DNA of 64,000 nucleotides from Calditrichia bacterium (GTDB lineage Bacteria > Calditrichota > Calditrichia > RBG-13-44-9 > J075), in the NCBI GenBank assembly GCA_050633245.1, contig JBOEGD010000009.1:32001-96000 (forward strand), given 5' to 3'. Under the pieces are notes generated by a model, which did not search any database, was not told the origin of the DNA, and saw only the letters and a program-made list of their open reading frames with translations. Shown piece after piece: positions 9,228-18,264 of the stretch; position 1 is the stretch's first letter, and each line of letters begins with the position of its first letter. Position numbers and translations under genes: made by a program.

Positions 9228-10098
9228 GGGATTGCTTAAACGCCTTCAGGGTATTCTTTAGCAGCATGGCAATCGTCATCGGACCTACACCGCCCGGAAC
9301 CGGTGTTATGTAGCTGGCAACCTCTGCCGCCTCTTCATAGGCGACATCGCCCACCACACGATAGCCTTTTTCATTGTCCGCCTCAACGCGATTAATGCCG
9401 ACGTCGACGATAACCACGCCTTCTTTTAGCATGTCTTTGGTAATAAACTGCGCGCGTCCAACAGCAGCGACCAAAATATCGGCCTGCCTCACGTAAGGTG
9501 TAATATCTTTTGCCGCAGAGTGAACAATGGTAACCAGCGAGTTACCGGTTTCATTCTTTTGCACCATCATGTTGGCAATAGGTTTACCAACAATGTTACT
9601 CCGACCGATCACCACAACGTGCTTGCCTTTAGTCTCAACCTTGTAACGCTTTAGCAACTCAACGATTCCGGCGGGGGTTGCCGGAAAGAAAGTGGATAGA
9701 CCAATCATCATGCGGCCGACATTATATGGATGAAATCCATCGACATCTTTATCCGGTGAGATGGCTTCAATAACCTTCTGCTCGTCAATATGTTTAGGCA
9801 GCGGTAGCTGTACCAATATACCATGAATTTTAGGGTCGTTGTTCAGCTCCTCAATTTCAGCGAGCAGTTGCTCTTCGCTAATATCTGAAGGTCGCTTACG
9901 AGTGTCTGAGAAAATCCCCGCCTTTGCACAAGCTTTCCCCTTGCTGCGCACATAGATTGAAGAAGCAGGATCTTCTCCAACTAAAATAACAGCCAAGCCG
10001 GGGCGACTTTCTTTAGTTGACACGGCTTCTACTTCCAGCCGCACCTCTTCACGAACTTCAAGTGCTGTTGCTTTACCATCAATGCGAATTGCCGTCAT
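9217..10098 (-). CDS. folD: Bifunctional methylenetetrahydrofolate dehydrogenase/cyclohydrolase
   Basis: HGILVQLPLP, KDVDGFHP, GRSNIVGKP and TPVPGGVGPMT motifs. Confidence 0.97.
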   Translation of the reverse strand: MTAIRIDGKATALEVREEVRLEVEAVSTKESRPGLAVILVGEDPASSIYVRSKGKACAKAGIFSDTRKRPSDISEEQLLAEIEELNNDPKIHGILVQLPLPKHIDEQKVIEAISPDKDVDGFHPYNVGRMMIGLSTFFPATPAGIVELLKRYKVETKGKHVVVIGRSNIVGKPIANMMVQKNETGNSLVTIVHSAAKDITPYVRQADILVAAVGRAQFITKDMLKEGVVIVDVGINRVEADNEKGYRVVGDVAYEEAAEVASYITPVPGGVGPMTIAMLLKNTLKAFKQSREL

Positions 10099-10888
10099 TT
10101 TCCCAATCTTTCCGATTAAAATTGACCGTATAAATTTTTTGAGCCTTGCCTGTCAGTTCATTTACCTCTACAACGGCACCGTTTAGCTGCTGTAAACCAT
10201 GCGCCATTTTGTAGTAGACATGAGACTGCATAATGAAGCGTTCGATTGCTTTATCGGTTTCCATGCCGATTACAGAATCCTGTGGACCGGTCATACCGGC
10301 ATCTGTTAAATAAGCCGTTCCACCGCTTAATATCTGCGGATCATTGGTTTGCACATGCGTATGCGTTCCGATAACTGCCGTTGCTTTTCCGGCCAAATGG
10401 TATCCCATCGCCTGCTTTTCGGCAGTCGCTTCAGCATGGAAATCTACAAATACAATGGGGGTTTCTTTAAGAAGTCGCTCAACTTCTTTTTTGCCCAGCG
10501 TAAACGGACACTCAATTGGCGACATGAAGCTTTTACCCTGTAGATTGACAACGCCTACTTTTACGCGAGAATTCATCTGAAATACGGTAGAACCCGCGCC
10601 GGCGTTACCGGCAGGATAATTTAGGGGTCGGATAAGATAGCCACGAAACTCTTCCAGAATATGGCGTTTCCGCGGTTCCCAGATATGATTCCCAGAGGTG
10701 ATGCAGGCAACTCCGGCCTGCTTCAGCTGCTTAAGTTGAACAGCGGTAATCCCCTTGCCTTTATCGGCATTTTCACCATTTACAATGGTACAGTCGATAG
10801 CATGTTGTGCCACCAGACCGGGTAAAACCTCCACTACCAAATCAACAGCCGCCTGCCCAACCAGATCGGCTACAAAAAGTATCCGCAT
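10079..10888 (-). CDS. ymdB: TIGR00282 family metallophosphoesterase (YmdB)
   Basis: NGEN, TSGNH, DFHAEAT, GTHTHV and TDAGMTG motifs; lies directly downstream of rny. Confidence 0.9.
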   Translation of the reverse strand: MRILFVADLVGQAAVDLVVEVLPGLVAQHAIDCTIVNGENADKGKGITAVQLKQLKQAGVACITSGNHIWEPRKRHILEEFRGYLIRPLNYPAGNAGAGSTVFQMNSRVKVGVVNLQGKSFMSPIECPFTLGKKEVERLLKETPIVFVDFHAEATAEKQAMGYHLAGKATAVIGTHTHVQTNDPQILSGGTAYLTDAGMTGPQDSVIGMETDKAIERFIMQSHVYYKMAHGLQQLNGAVVEVNELTGKAQKIYTVNFNRKDWENDGNSH

Positions 10889-10918
10889 GATACTCCCAGT
10901 TCTTTAATACAAACGAGG

Positions 10919-12475
10919 TTAGGTTGCCACGTCATGAGCGCGATACTCGCGAATAACGGAAACCTTTATCTGCCCGGGAAACTCAATGTTCATCTGAATT
11001 TCCTTGGCGATATCTCTGGCAAGCGAGCGAGCCTTATTGTCATCGATTTTACCTGTTTCAACGATTGCCCGCACTTCTCTACCAGCTTGAATAGCATATG
11101 ATTCTTCGACGCCGTCGAAGTTTTTGCAAATATTTTCCAGTTCTGACATCCGCTTGATAAACGTGTCGAGAGATTCTCTTCGTGCTCCGGGGCGCTGACC
11201 GGAAACCATGTTCGCAATGGTAACCAGCGTGGTAATTGGTGATATCGCCTCAACACCGTCATGATGTCCTTCAGCCGCATTCACCACAACTTTATGTTCG
11301 TTATGCTTGCGCAGCAACTCGGCACCCAGCTGGGTGTGGCTAGCTTCAGTAAAATTGTCTACTGCCTTGCCGATATCATGAAACAGGGCAGCGCGTTTGG
11401 AAAGCTTCACATCGAGCCCGAGTTCAGCAGCCATGATGCCGCACAAGCTGGCGGTTTCAATAGAGTGGTCCAGCACATTTTGTCCAAAAGAGGTGCGATA
11501 ACGCAACTTACCCAAAAGACCGGCTAATTCACCGGAAACGCCGTGAATTCCGGCGTCGAGCAGTGCCTGATCACCAAGTTCGCGTAGCGATTCACGCATT
11601 TCGTCTGTCGTTTTGTCTACGACTTCTTCAATACGGGATGGATGAATTCGGCCATCAGAGATAAGCTTATCGAGGGAGCGTTTGGCAATTTCACGCCGAT
11701 AGGAATTATAGGATGACAGCACGACAATTTCCGGTGTATCGTCAATAATTACGTCTACGCCAGTTGTCAGCTCAAACGAGCGAATGTTTCGTCCTTCACG
11801 GCCAATGATTCGGCCTTTCATGTCATCTGAAGGCAGTTCAACAATAGATACCGTAGCTTCAACAGATTGCTTGGAAGCAATTTGCTGAATTGCCTGAACC
11901 AGGATTTGTCTTGCCTTGCGTTCGGCTTCCAGCGTGCTTTGTTCTACAATCTGACTGGCTATTCGTCGTCCCTCTTCATGAGCTTCTTCTTCAAGGTCGG
12001 CCAGCAGCACGCGTTTCGCTTCATCTTTGCTAAATCCGGAAATCTCTTCAAGTTTAAGATGCTGACTGGCAATTTTTTCACGCAGCTCAACGCCTTTGAG
12101 TTCGACGTCCGCCTTTTCGCTACGAAGACTGTCTTCCAGACGCAATAACTCTTTTTCCTTCCGCTCAAGACGTTCAGCTTTTTGCTCAACATCTACCTCT
12201 CTGAGGTCGAGAGTTTTTTGAATTTCCTGTAGTTCAATTTGTTGATCTTCTAATTCAAGTTCAAGTTTCTGTTTCTGTTCAAAAATTTCTTCCTGCGCTT
12301 CTATCAGGCGTTCCTTTTTAAAGGCTTCACCTTCTTTTTGTGCATCGGCAAGAAGACGGTCTACTTCTACCTTGGCATTAGCAATAGTTTGTGAAGATGT
12401 CGTTTTGAGATATATAAAAACGATGGCGCCACCGACTACAATGCCAATGAGCAATGCAACTACCCATCCTAGCAT
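10919..12475 (-). CDS. rny: Ribonuclease Y
   Basis: N-terminal TM helix, coiled coil, KH motif (GRIIGREGRNIR) and HD motif (FHDIGK). ATG at 12475 behind GAGG is preferred over GTG at 12499. Confidence 0.96.
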   Translation of the reverse strand: MLGWVVALLIGIVVGGAIVFIYLKTTSSQTIANAKVEVDRLLADAQKEGEAFKKERLIEAQEEIFEQKQKLELELEDQQIELQEIQKTLDLREVDVEQKAERLERKEKELLRLEDSLRSEKADVELKGVELREKIASQHLKLEEISGFSKDEAKRVLLADLEEEAHEEGRRIASQIVEQSTLEAERKARQILVQAIQQIASKQSVEATVSIVELPSDDMKGRIIGREGRNIRSFELTTGVDVIIDDTPEIVVLSSYNSYRREIAKRSLDKLISDGRIHPSRIEEVVDKTTDEMRESLRELGDQALLDAGIHGVSGELAGLLGKLRYRTSFGQNVLDHSIETASLCGIMAAELGLDVKLSKRAALFHDIGKAVDNFTEASHTQLGAELLRKHNEHKVVVNAAEGHHDGVEAISPITTLVTIANMVSGQRPGARRESLDTFIKRMSELENICKNFDGVEESYAIQAGREVRAIVETGKIDDNKARSLARDIAKEIQMNIEFPGQIKVSVIREYRAHDVAT

Positions 12476-12637
12476 ACTAACCTCAACTGTTTCTGGCACA
12501 TCGTGATTCGTTGTAATCGAATAACTTACGCTATTCGCTAAGTTAAAGTATCATACCAATCGCGTCGAAATGCAACGCTTTTCATGCATAATTTTAAAGG
12601 GAGACGAAGTAGAATAAACCTGAGGAGAGAATAAAAA

Positions 12638-12818
12638 GAAACCCTGCTGGCCGGGATGGCTTTGGAGAAGAACGCCAAATAAGCACAGTGGGAATCTGCT
12701 CAAACGGATCATGCTTCCTTCTACCTAAATGAAGGCCTGCAATAGACGCCTAAAGTCAAACTCCCTATCTATTGTCGTTGGTTCTTCCCAAAGTAACATG
12801 CCGAACCGACAGGGGTTC
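12638..12818 (-). ncRNA. ssrS: 6S RNA
   Basis: About 180 nt between zapA and rny. The ends pair (GAACCCCTG/CAGGGTTTC; CTTTGGGAAGAAC/GTTCTTCTCCAAAG) around a central bubble with AGGGAG/CCCAC elements. The position after zapA is typical. Confidence 0.85.
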
Positions 12819-12819
12819 A

Positions 12820-13137
12820 CTATTGAGAGAATCGTTTAAGCTGTGCGTCAATACGTTCGTTTAACTCACTGCTTTCCGATTCAATACTTTCCAATTTGCT
12901 ACGAAGCGTGTTGCTTTGCTTCTTTAAACGAAAAAATTCATCTGCAATGTTTAAGGCTACCAAAACCGCAATTTTCGTCTGCGATTTAACGCTGGTATTT
13001 TCAGAAAACTTCTCGATCTTTTCTTCGACATAACGTGCCAAGGCATGAACATATTCTGAATCTTTATCGGACTTCAGAGAATATTCTACCCCGGAAATTT
13101 CAACTTTTACCGCATGTTTATCAACATCACTCATCAT
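12820..13137 (-). CDS. zapA: Cell division protein ZapA
   Basis: VKVEISGVEYSL, ALARYVEEK and AVLVALNIADE motifs; start estimated. Confidence 0.88.
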   Translation of the reverse strand: MMSDVDKHAVKVEISGVEYSLKSDKDSEYVHALARYVEEKIEKFSENTSVKSQTKIAVLVALNIADEFFRLKKQSNTLRSKLESIESESSELNERIDAQLKRFSQ

Positions 13138-13171
13138 TGCGTCCATACATTGCAGGAATTGAAAGGCTCTC

Positions 13172-13447
13172 TTAGACTTCAAGTTTCTCTAGTTTGACAG
13201 ACAAACGTTCTACTTTATTCTTTATGAGTCTCTCTCTCTCCTTTAGAGTTTTATTCTCCTTCCGGATCTTCCGGAGGTCGTTCTCCAGTTCGGCGATGCG
13301 TTCGAGATATTTCTTCTCGGCAAGGCCGTCCTCATAACCACTCAACTTCTCGCGAAGCGTGCTATTTATATTTGATATTCTGGAAACCTGTTCCAGTAAT
13401 TTCGCAATTTTTTCGGTCAATATCGAAAAAGATGATCCCGAATTCAT
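13172..13447 (-). CDS. Coiled-coil protein, ZapB-like
   Basis: Short all-coiled-coil protein between pheT and zapA. Confidence 0.6.
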   Translation of the reverse strand: MNSGSSFSILTEKIAKLLEQVSRISNINSTLREKLSGYEDGLAEKKYLERIAELENDLRKIRKENKTLKERERLIKNKVERLSVKLEKLEV

Positions 13448-13456
13448 ACCCACTCA

Positions 13457-15835
13457 CTAAGACCGTAAGGTTGCACCGAATGCGTTTTCCAGCTTTTTAA
13501 GGATCTTATTGGTCACCTTGGAGACCTCCTCTTCCGTGAGAGTCTTGTCCGGAGACTGAAAGATCAAGCGGAAAGCGACACTTTTTTTCTTGTCGTCAAC
13601 TTGCTTGCCAATATACTGATCGAAGGGAGTAATTTGCTGCAGAAATTTACCACCATTTTGGCGAATAACCTGCTCAATCTCTCCGGCTTCCAGACTGCGA
13701 TCTACGACCAGCGCAAAGTCTCGCTCTACAAAGGGGTATCGCGGAATAGTACGATAGCGAATATCTTTTCTGGCATTGCTGAACAACGTTTTAACCTGAA
13801 GCTCAGCAACAAAAACCGGAAAGTCTAAGTCAAAGTTTTTACTCAGCTTAGCGGAAACTTTTCCGTAATAACCAATCTCCTGCTTGCCAAGTGTGGCCTT
13901 GACAGACTGTCCCTCGACAGCGAAATTAGCATACGCAATAATAGCCGAATTGTCAAGGAGTATTTTGTCTGTCAACAGTTCCACAAGCCCCTTAATGTCA
14001 TAAAAATCATAGGGTTCATCCGCTCCATGCCAGGTGCTGCTTCGACGCATGCCTGATAGCGCAATACCAATGCGCAAAACCTGTTCAGGACGTTCCTTTA
14101 GATTTCCCGGATGATGAAACGTATTATTGATCTCAAACAATGCAAGATCACGCCTTTGCCGATTGGCATTAAAGCGCACCACTTCCAGCAAACTCGGGAT
14201 CAGGCTGGTACGCATCCCATCCATATCCGAGCTAATTGGGTTCATGATAGGATAAATCTCTTCATTCGTAAGTTTCTGCCACTGCTTAATGTTAATCATA
14301 CTATTGGTGATCGTTTCCTGACATCCCGCGCCCACCAGCAGATCGCGCAGATAATCCAGGAAATCGTCTTCCGGAAGAAAGTTATTGCGATACGGCAATG
14401 CCGTTAGTTCGCGCACCGGAATATTGTCGTAACCGAACAGACGACCAACCTCTTCAGCAAGATCGGCCGTAACAGAAATATCAGGACGAAATGACGGGAT
14501 AATCGCATTGCCTTTTTGTACATCAATATCGATGGGTTTCAGCAGCTTTTGCATGGCCTCAGCACTTAGGTCTGTTCCCAACAGCTTGTTTATCTGAGCA
14601 ACATCAAGCGGAATTGACTGCTTGCTTATTTCATTCGGATACACATCCATAAGCTCGGAGAGGACTTCCCCACCAGCATATTCGGCAAGTAGTTCGGTAG
14701 CGCGTTCCAAAGCGCGAACCACTCCATTGGGATCTGTTCCACGCGAGAAACGCTGTGCAGCCTCGGAAATAATTCCCATTTTACGGGCGCTGCTTTGTAC
14801 ATTCTCAGCCTTAAAGTATGCGCTTTCCAATAATACCGTAGTGGTGCTGTCGCTTACCTCTGAATTGAGTCCACCCATAATTCCACCGATTGCAACTGAC
14901 TTCTCCGCATCGCAAATCATAACCGTATTTTCCGGTAGCGTATGTTTTTTGTTATCGAGCGTTTCGAAGGTTTCTCCTTCTTTCGACTCGCGTACAATAA
15001 TTTTGCCGCCGGCCAATGTATCGAAGTCGAAAGCGTGTAGCGGCTGTCCGGTTTCCAGCATGACGTAGTTGGTAATATCCACTACGTTGTTTACCGGTCG
15101 CATTCCGGCTGCTTCAAGGCGTCGTTGCATCCATTCCGGGGAATTGCCGATTTTAATATCGCGTATTAGCCGTGCTGCGTAGCGTGGGCAACCTTCGGGA
15201 GTATCAATTTTAATCGAGGCGTGCTGCGAGCTTTTGTCGGAGTGCTCTGCCACACTCGGTGAGGCAATTTTTAGCTCTTTGCCAACTACAGCAGCAACTT
15301 CACGAGCGATACCAATATGAGACATGGCATCCGGGCGATCCGGCGTAATGCTGATGTCTAACACATAGTCGTTTTCGAACCCCAGTGCTAAGCCCAAACC
15401 GCTACCGACAGACAACGTATCGGGAAGCTCCCAAATACCATCTGCTTCATCGGAAATATTGAGTTCCGACTCAGAACAGATCATTCCCTCGGAAACCACA
15501 CCGCGGATTTTTGATTTACGGATCTTAAAATCGCCGGGAAGCACAGTACCAACAGTTGCAACGGCAACGGTTAGTCCGGCGGCAACATTCGGAGCGCCAC
15601 ATACAATGTTCAGTGGTTCACCTGAGCCAACATCCACACTACAATATGACAGGCGGTCTGCATCAGGGTGTTTTTCCCTGGTCAACACCTTACCAATAAC
15701 AACGCCATCAATATCCAGCGAACGCTTATCCACAGCATCTACTTCAAATCCCAACATGGACAGCTTATCTGCCAGAACCTGGGGATCGAGGTCTATATCA
15801 ACAAAGTCTTTGAGCCAGTTATAAGAAATTTTCAT
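13457..15835 (-). CDS. pheT: Phenylalanine--tRNA ligase beta subunit
   Basis: MKISYNWL, HPDADRL, IVCGAPNV, GQPLHAFD and the C-terminal anticodon-binding domain. Confidence 0.97.
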   Translation of the reverse strand: MKISYNWLKDFVDIDLDPQVLADKLSMLGFEVDAVDKRSLDIDGVVIGKVLTREKHPDADRLSYCSVDVGSGEPLNIVCGAPNVAAGLTVAVATVGTVLPGDFKIRKSKIRGVVSEGMICSESELNISDEADGIWELPDTLSVGSGLGLALGFENDYVLDISITPDRPDAMSHIGIAREVAAVVGKELKIASPSVAEHSDKSSQHASIKIDTPEGCPRYAARLIRDIKIGNSPEWMQRRLEAAGMRPVNNVVDITNYVMLETGQPLHAFDFDTLAGGKIIVRESKEGETFETLDNKKHTLPENTVMICDAEKSVAIGGIMGGLNSEVSDSTTTVLLESAYFKAENVQSSARKMGIISEAAQRFSRGTDPNGVVRALERATELLAEYAGGEVLSELMDVYPNEISKQSIPLDVAQINKLLGTDLSAEAMQKLLKPIDIDVQKGNAIIPSFRPDISVTADLAEEVGRLFGYDNIPVRELTALPYRNNFLPEDDFLDYLRDLLVGAGCQETITNSMINIKQWQKLTNEEIYPIMNPISSDMDGMRTSLIPSLLEVVRFNANRQRRDLALFEINNTFHHPGNLKERPEQVLRIGIALSGMRRSSTWHGADEPYDFYDIKGLVELLTDKILLDNSAIIAYANFAVEGQSVKATLGKQEIGYYGKVSAKLSKNFDLDFPVFVAELQVKTLFSNARKDIRYRTIPRYPFVERDFALVVDRSLEAGEIEQVIRQNGGKFLQQITPFDQYIGKQVDDKKKSVAFRLIFQSPDKTLTEEEVSKVTNKILKKLENAFGATLRS

Positions 15836-15871
15836 AATATCTATCTCTGAATTTCGATCAAATTGATAAAA

Positions 15872-16849
15872 TTAGAATTGTTCAAGAAAACGCATATCGT
15901 TTTCGAACAGCAGGCGAATGTCGTCAATGCCAAACTTTAGCACCGCAATGCGGTCGATACCCATTCCGAAAGCATAGCCGCTGTAGATTTCCGGGTCATA
16001 CTTCACGTTGCGCAACACATTGGGATGAACCATTCCGCAGCCCAGAATCTCCAGCCAGCGTCCCCCCTTAGCGCTGTCCCACCAGATATCTACCTCAGCA
16101 CTCGGCTCGGTAAAGGGAAAGAAGCTTGGACGGAAACGAAGCTTTGTCTTTGGGCCAAACATCTGGCGTGCGAACTCCAACAGCACTGCTTTCAAATCGC
16201 CCATGGAAAGGTTTTTGTCGATGCAAAGTCCTTCCACCTGATGAAAAAAGGCCGAATGGCTGGCATCGGGCGTATCACGACGATATACGCGTCCCGGAGC
16301 AATAATGCGAACCGGTGGGTCCTGCTTCAACATCGTTCGAATCTGCACCGGCGAAGTGTGCGTGCGCAGTACCAGCTCTTCTGAGATGTATAGCGTATCC
16401 TGCATATCGCGCGCCGGGTGATGCTTTGGAATATTCAGTGCTTCAAAGCAAAGATAATCCGTTTCCACATCAGGGCCTTCGGCTACGGCAAATCCCAACC
16501 GCGAGAAGATTTGTTTAATTTCATCACGCACTTGCGTCAGCGGATGTCGTTTTCCTGCAGACGGCTTTCTGCCGGGAAGTGTTACATCGATCCAGTCTTT
16601 TGCAACTGCCGGTCCGGATTTTTCTTTTTCCGAGGCTATAAACTCGGTCACCTCGGTTCTCAGCTCATTCAGCAGCTTGCCGATCAGCGGTCTTTCCGCA
16701 GCATCGAGCTTACCAAGTTGGCTGAACAGAGAGGTAACCAAGCCTTTTTTACCGAGGAAGCGAATACGCAGAGCTTCAAGTTCGTCTGCTCCGGAAACAT
16801 TTTTTTCCGCTGCAAAGGTTTCCCGAACCTCTTGAATCATATTTTTCAT
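15872..16849 (-). CDS. pheS: Phenylalanine--tRNA ligase alpha subunit
   Basis: HPARDMQDT, LRTHTSPVQIR, FHQVEG and FPFTEPSAE motifs. Confidence 0.97.
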   Translation of the reverse strand: MKNMIQEVRETFAAEKNVSGADELEALRIRFLGKKGLVTSLFSQLGKLDAAERPLIGKLLNELRTEVTEFIASEKEKSGPAVAKDWIDVTLPGRKPSAGKRHPLTQVRDEIKQIFSRLGFAVAEGPDVETDYLCFEALNIPKHHPARDMQDTLYISEELVLRTHTSPVQIRTMLKQDPPVRIIAPGRVYRRDTPDASHSAFFHQVEGLCIDKNLSMGDLKAVLLEFARQMFGPKTKLRFRPSFFPFTEPSAEVDIWWDSAKGGRWLEILGCGMVHPNVLRNVKYDPEIYSGYAFGMGIDRIAVLKFGIDDIRLLFENDMRFLEQF

Positions 16850-16918
16850 AGCGCGAGAACTTTCTGTAAAGCGTTTTGATAAACAACTAATTAATCTGTG
16901 TATCTGACACGACCGGAT

Positions 16919-16958
16919 AAAAAAATAGGAATTGAATCACCGACTCAATTCCTATTTT
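16919..16958 (-). terminator. Rho-independent terminator after rplT
   Basis: AAAATAGGAATTGA-loop-TCAATTCCTATTTT hairpin with a U-run on the minus strand. Confidence 0.8.
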
Positions 16959-16979
16959 CAGATCGAACATGTTTTTTTA

Positions 16980-17327
16980 CTACGAGGCAACCTGCTCGAC
17001 GAGTGCTTTAAAGGCATTTGGCTCGTGCATCGCTAAATGCGCCAGTGCCTTGCGATTGAGCTCGACATTACTGTTCTTGAGCGCATTCATAAAGCGTGAG
17101 TAGGTTGTGCCGTGCATACGGCAAGCGGCATTGATACGCACAATCCACAGTCGGCGAAACAAGCGTTTCTTTTGACGGCGATCGCGATAGGCATAGCGCA
17201 GGCTTTTTTCAACCTGATCTTTCGCGGTGCGATACAGCTTTCCTCTTCCAAGGCGATAACCCTTGGCTAACTTAAGAATCTTTTTATGTCGTCGCTTCGC
17301 GGCGACATTGTTTTTTGCTCTTGGCAT
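16980..17327 (-). CDS. rplT: 50S ribosomal protein L20
   Basis: MPRAKN, AKGY and [21 protein letters not shown] motifs. Confidence 0.97.
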   Translation of the reverse strand: MPRAKNNVAAKRRHKKILKLAKGYRLGRGKLYRTAKDQVEKSLRYAYRDRRQKKRLFRRLWIVRINAACRMHGTTYSRFMNALKNSNVELNRKALAHLAMHEPNAFKALVEQVAS

Positions 17328-17406
17328 AACTCAAATCTCCGAAATCAAATTTTATGTCATCTTATCACGACTCGAAAGTCATGTGTAATTTCAATTGTTC
17401 TGATGG

Positions 17407-17604
17407 TTAGGAAACCAGCAGCATATCCTTTACGCGCTGCGTATCTGAATCGTGCACGTATTTGTACTTACGAAGTTTGCGCTTGCGCTTCGAAGATTTC
17501 TTCGTCAGGATGTGACTCTTGAAATTACGTCGATGCTTCAACTTACCGGAGGCGGTTGTTTTAAAACGCTTTTTGGCTCCCCGGTTCGATTTCATCTTAG
17601 GCAT
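17407..17604 (-). CDS. rpmI: 50S ribosomal protein L35
   Basis: [15 protein letters not shown] and HILTKK motifs. Confidence 0.97.
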   Translation of the reverse strand: MPKMKSNRGAKKRFKTTASGKLKHRRNFKSHILTKKSSKRKRKLRKYKYVHDSDTQRVKDMLLVS

Positions 17605-17723
17605 GTTACTGTACCTCTTTTTGTTTAAAACACCTGCCTGAATTGGCAGACATACTTATGTTTGACCTGATTGGTCATGAGATCCCCTTCTTTACTTAAG
17701 AAACCAGATCTACCAGCTAAATC

Positions 17724-18239
17724 TTACAGCTTACTGGAGAGCGTAAGCGTCATACGCCGCCCCTCCATTTTAACATGGGCTTCAATCTCTCCCACATCTT
17801 CCAGGTCTGCAACTACCTTGTCCAACATATTACGGCCAAGTTCCTGATACGCCATTTCGCGACCGCGAAAGCGTACGGAAAACTTCACTTTGTTGCGTTG
17901 TTCCAGAAATTTTCTGGCATTTTTCAACTTGGTGCCCAAGTCGTGTGTGTCCGTTTTCGGACTCAAACGAATCTCTTTCACCTGTACCTGGTGCTGCTTT
18001 TTCTTACCTTCTTTTTCCTTTTTGCTCTTTTCGTATTGGTATTTACCGTAATCCATTATCCGGCATACCGGTGGTGTTGAATTCGGTGCAACTTCTACAA
18101 GGTCAAGCTCGAGGTCCTGAGCGCGTGTAAGCGCGTCTTCGGTTTGAAGGATTCCAAATTGTTCCCCGTCTGGTCCAATTACACGGACTTGAGGAACACG
18201 GATTTGTCGATTAATTCTGGCAAAATCATTTCCGGCGAT
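17724..18239 (-). CDS. infC: Translation initiation factor IF-3 (non-canonical AUC start)
   Basis: The frame is open 61 codons upstream of the listed Met (RINRQIRVPQVRVIG...LDLVEVAP...PPVCRIMDYGK). It begins at ATC 6 nt after an AGGAG. Confidence 0.93.
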   Translation of the reverse strand: MAGNDFARINRQIRVPQVRVIGPDGEQFGILQTEDALTRAQDLELDLVEVAPNSTPPVCRIMDYGKYQYEKSKKEKEGKKKQHQVQVKEIRLSPKTDTHDLGTKLKNARKFLEQRNKVKFSVRFRGREMAYQELGRNMLDKVVADLEDVGEIEAHVKMEGRRMTLTLSSKL

Positions 18240-18264
18240 GAGTATCTCCTACAGTTAGTAAAAC

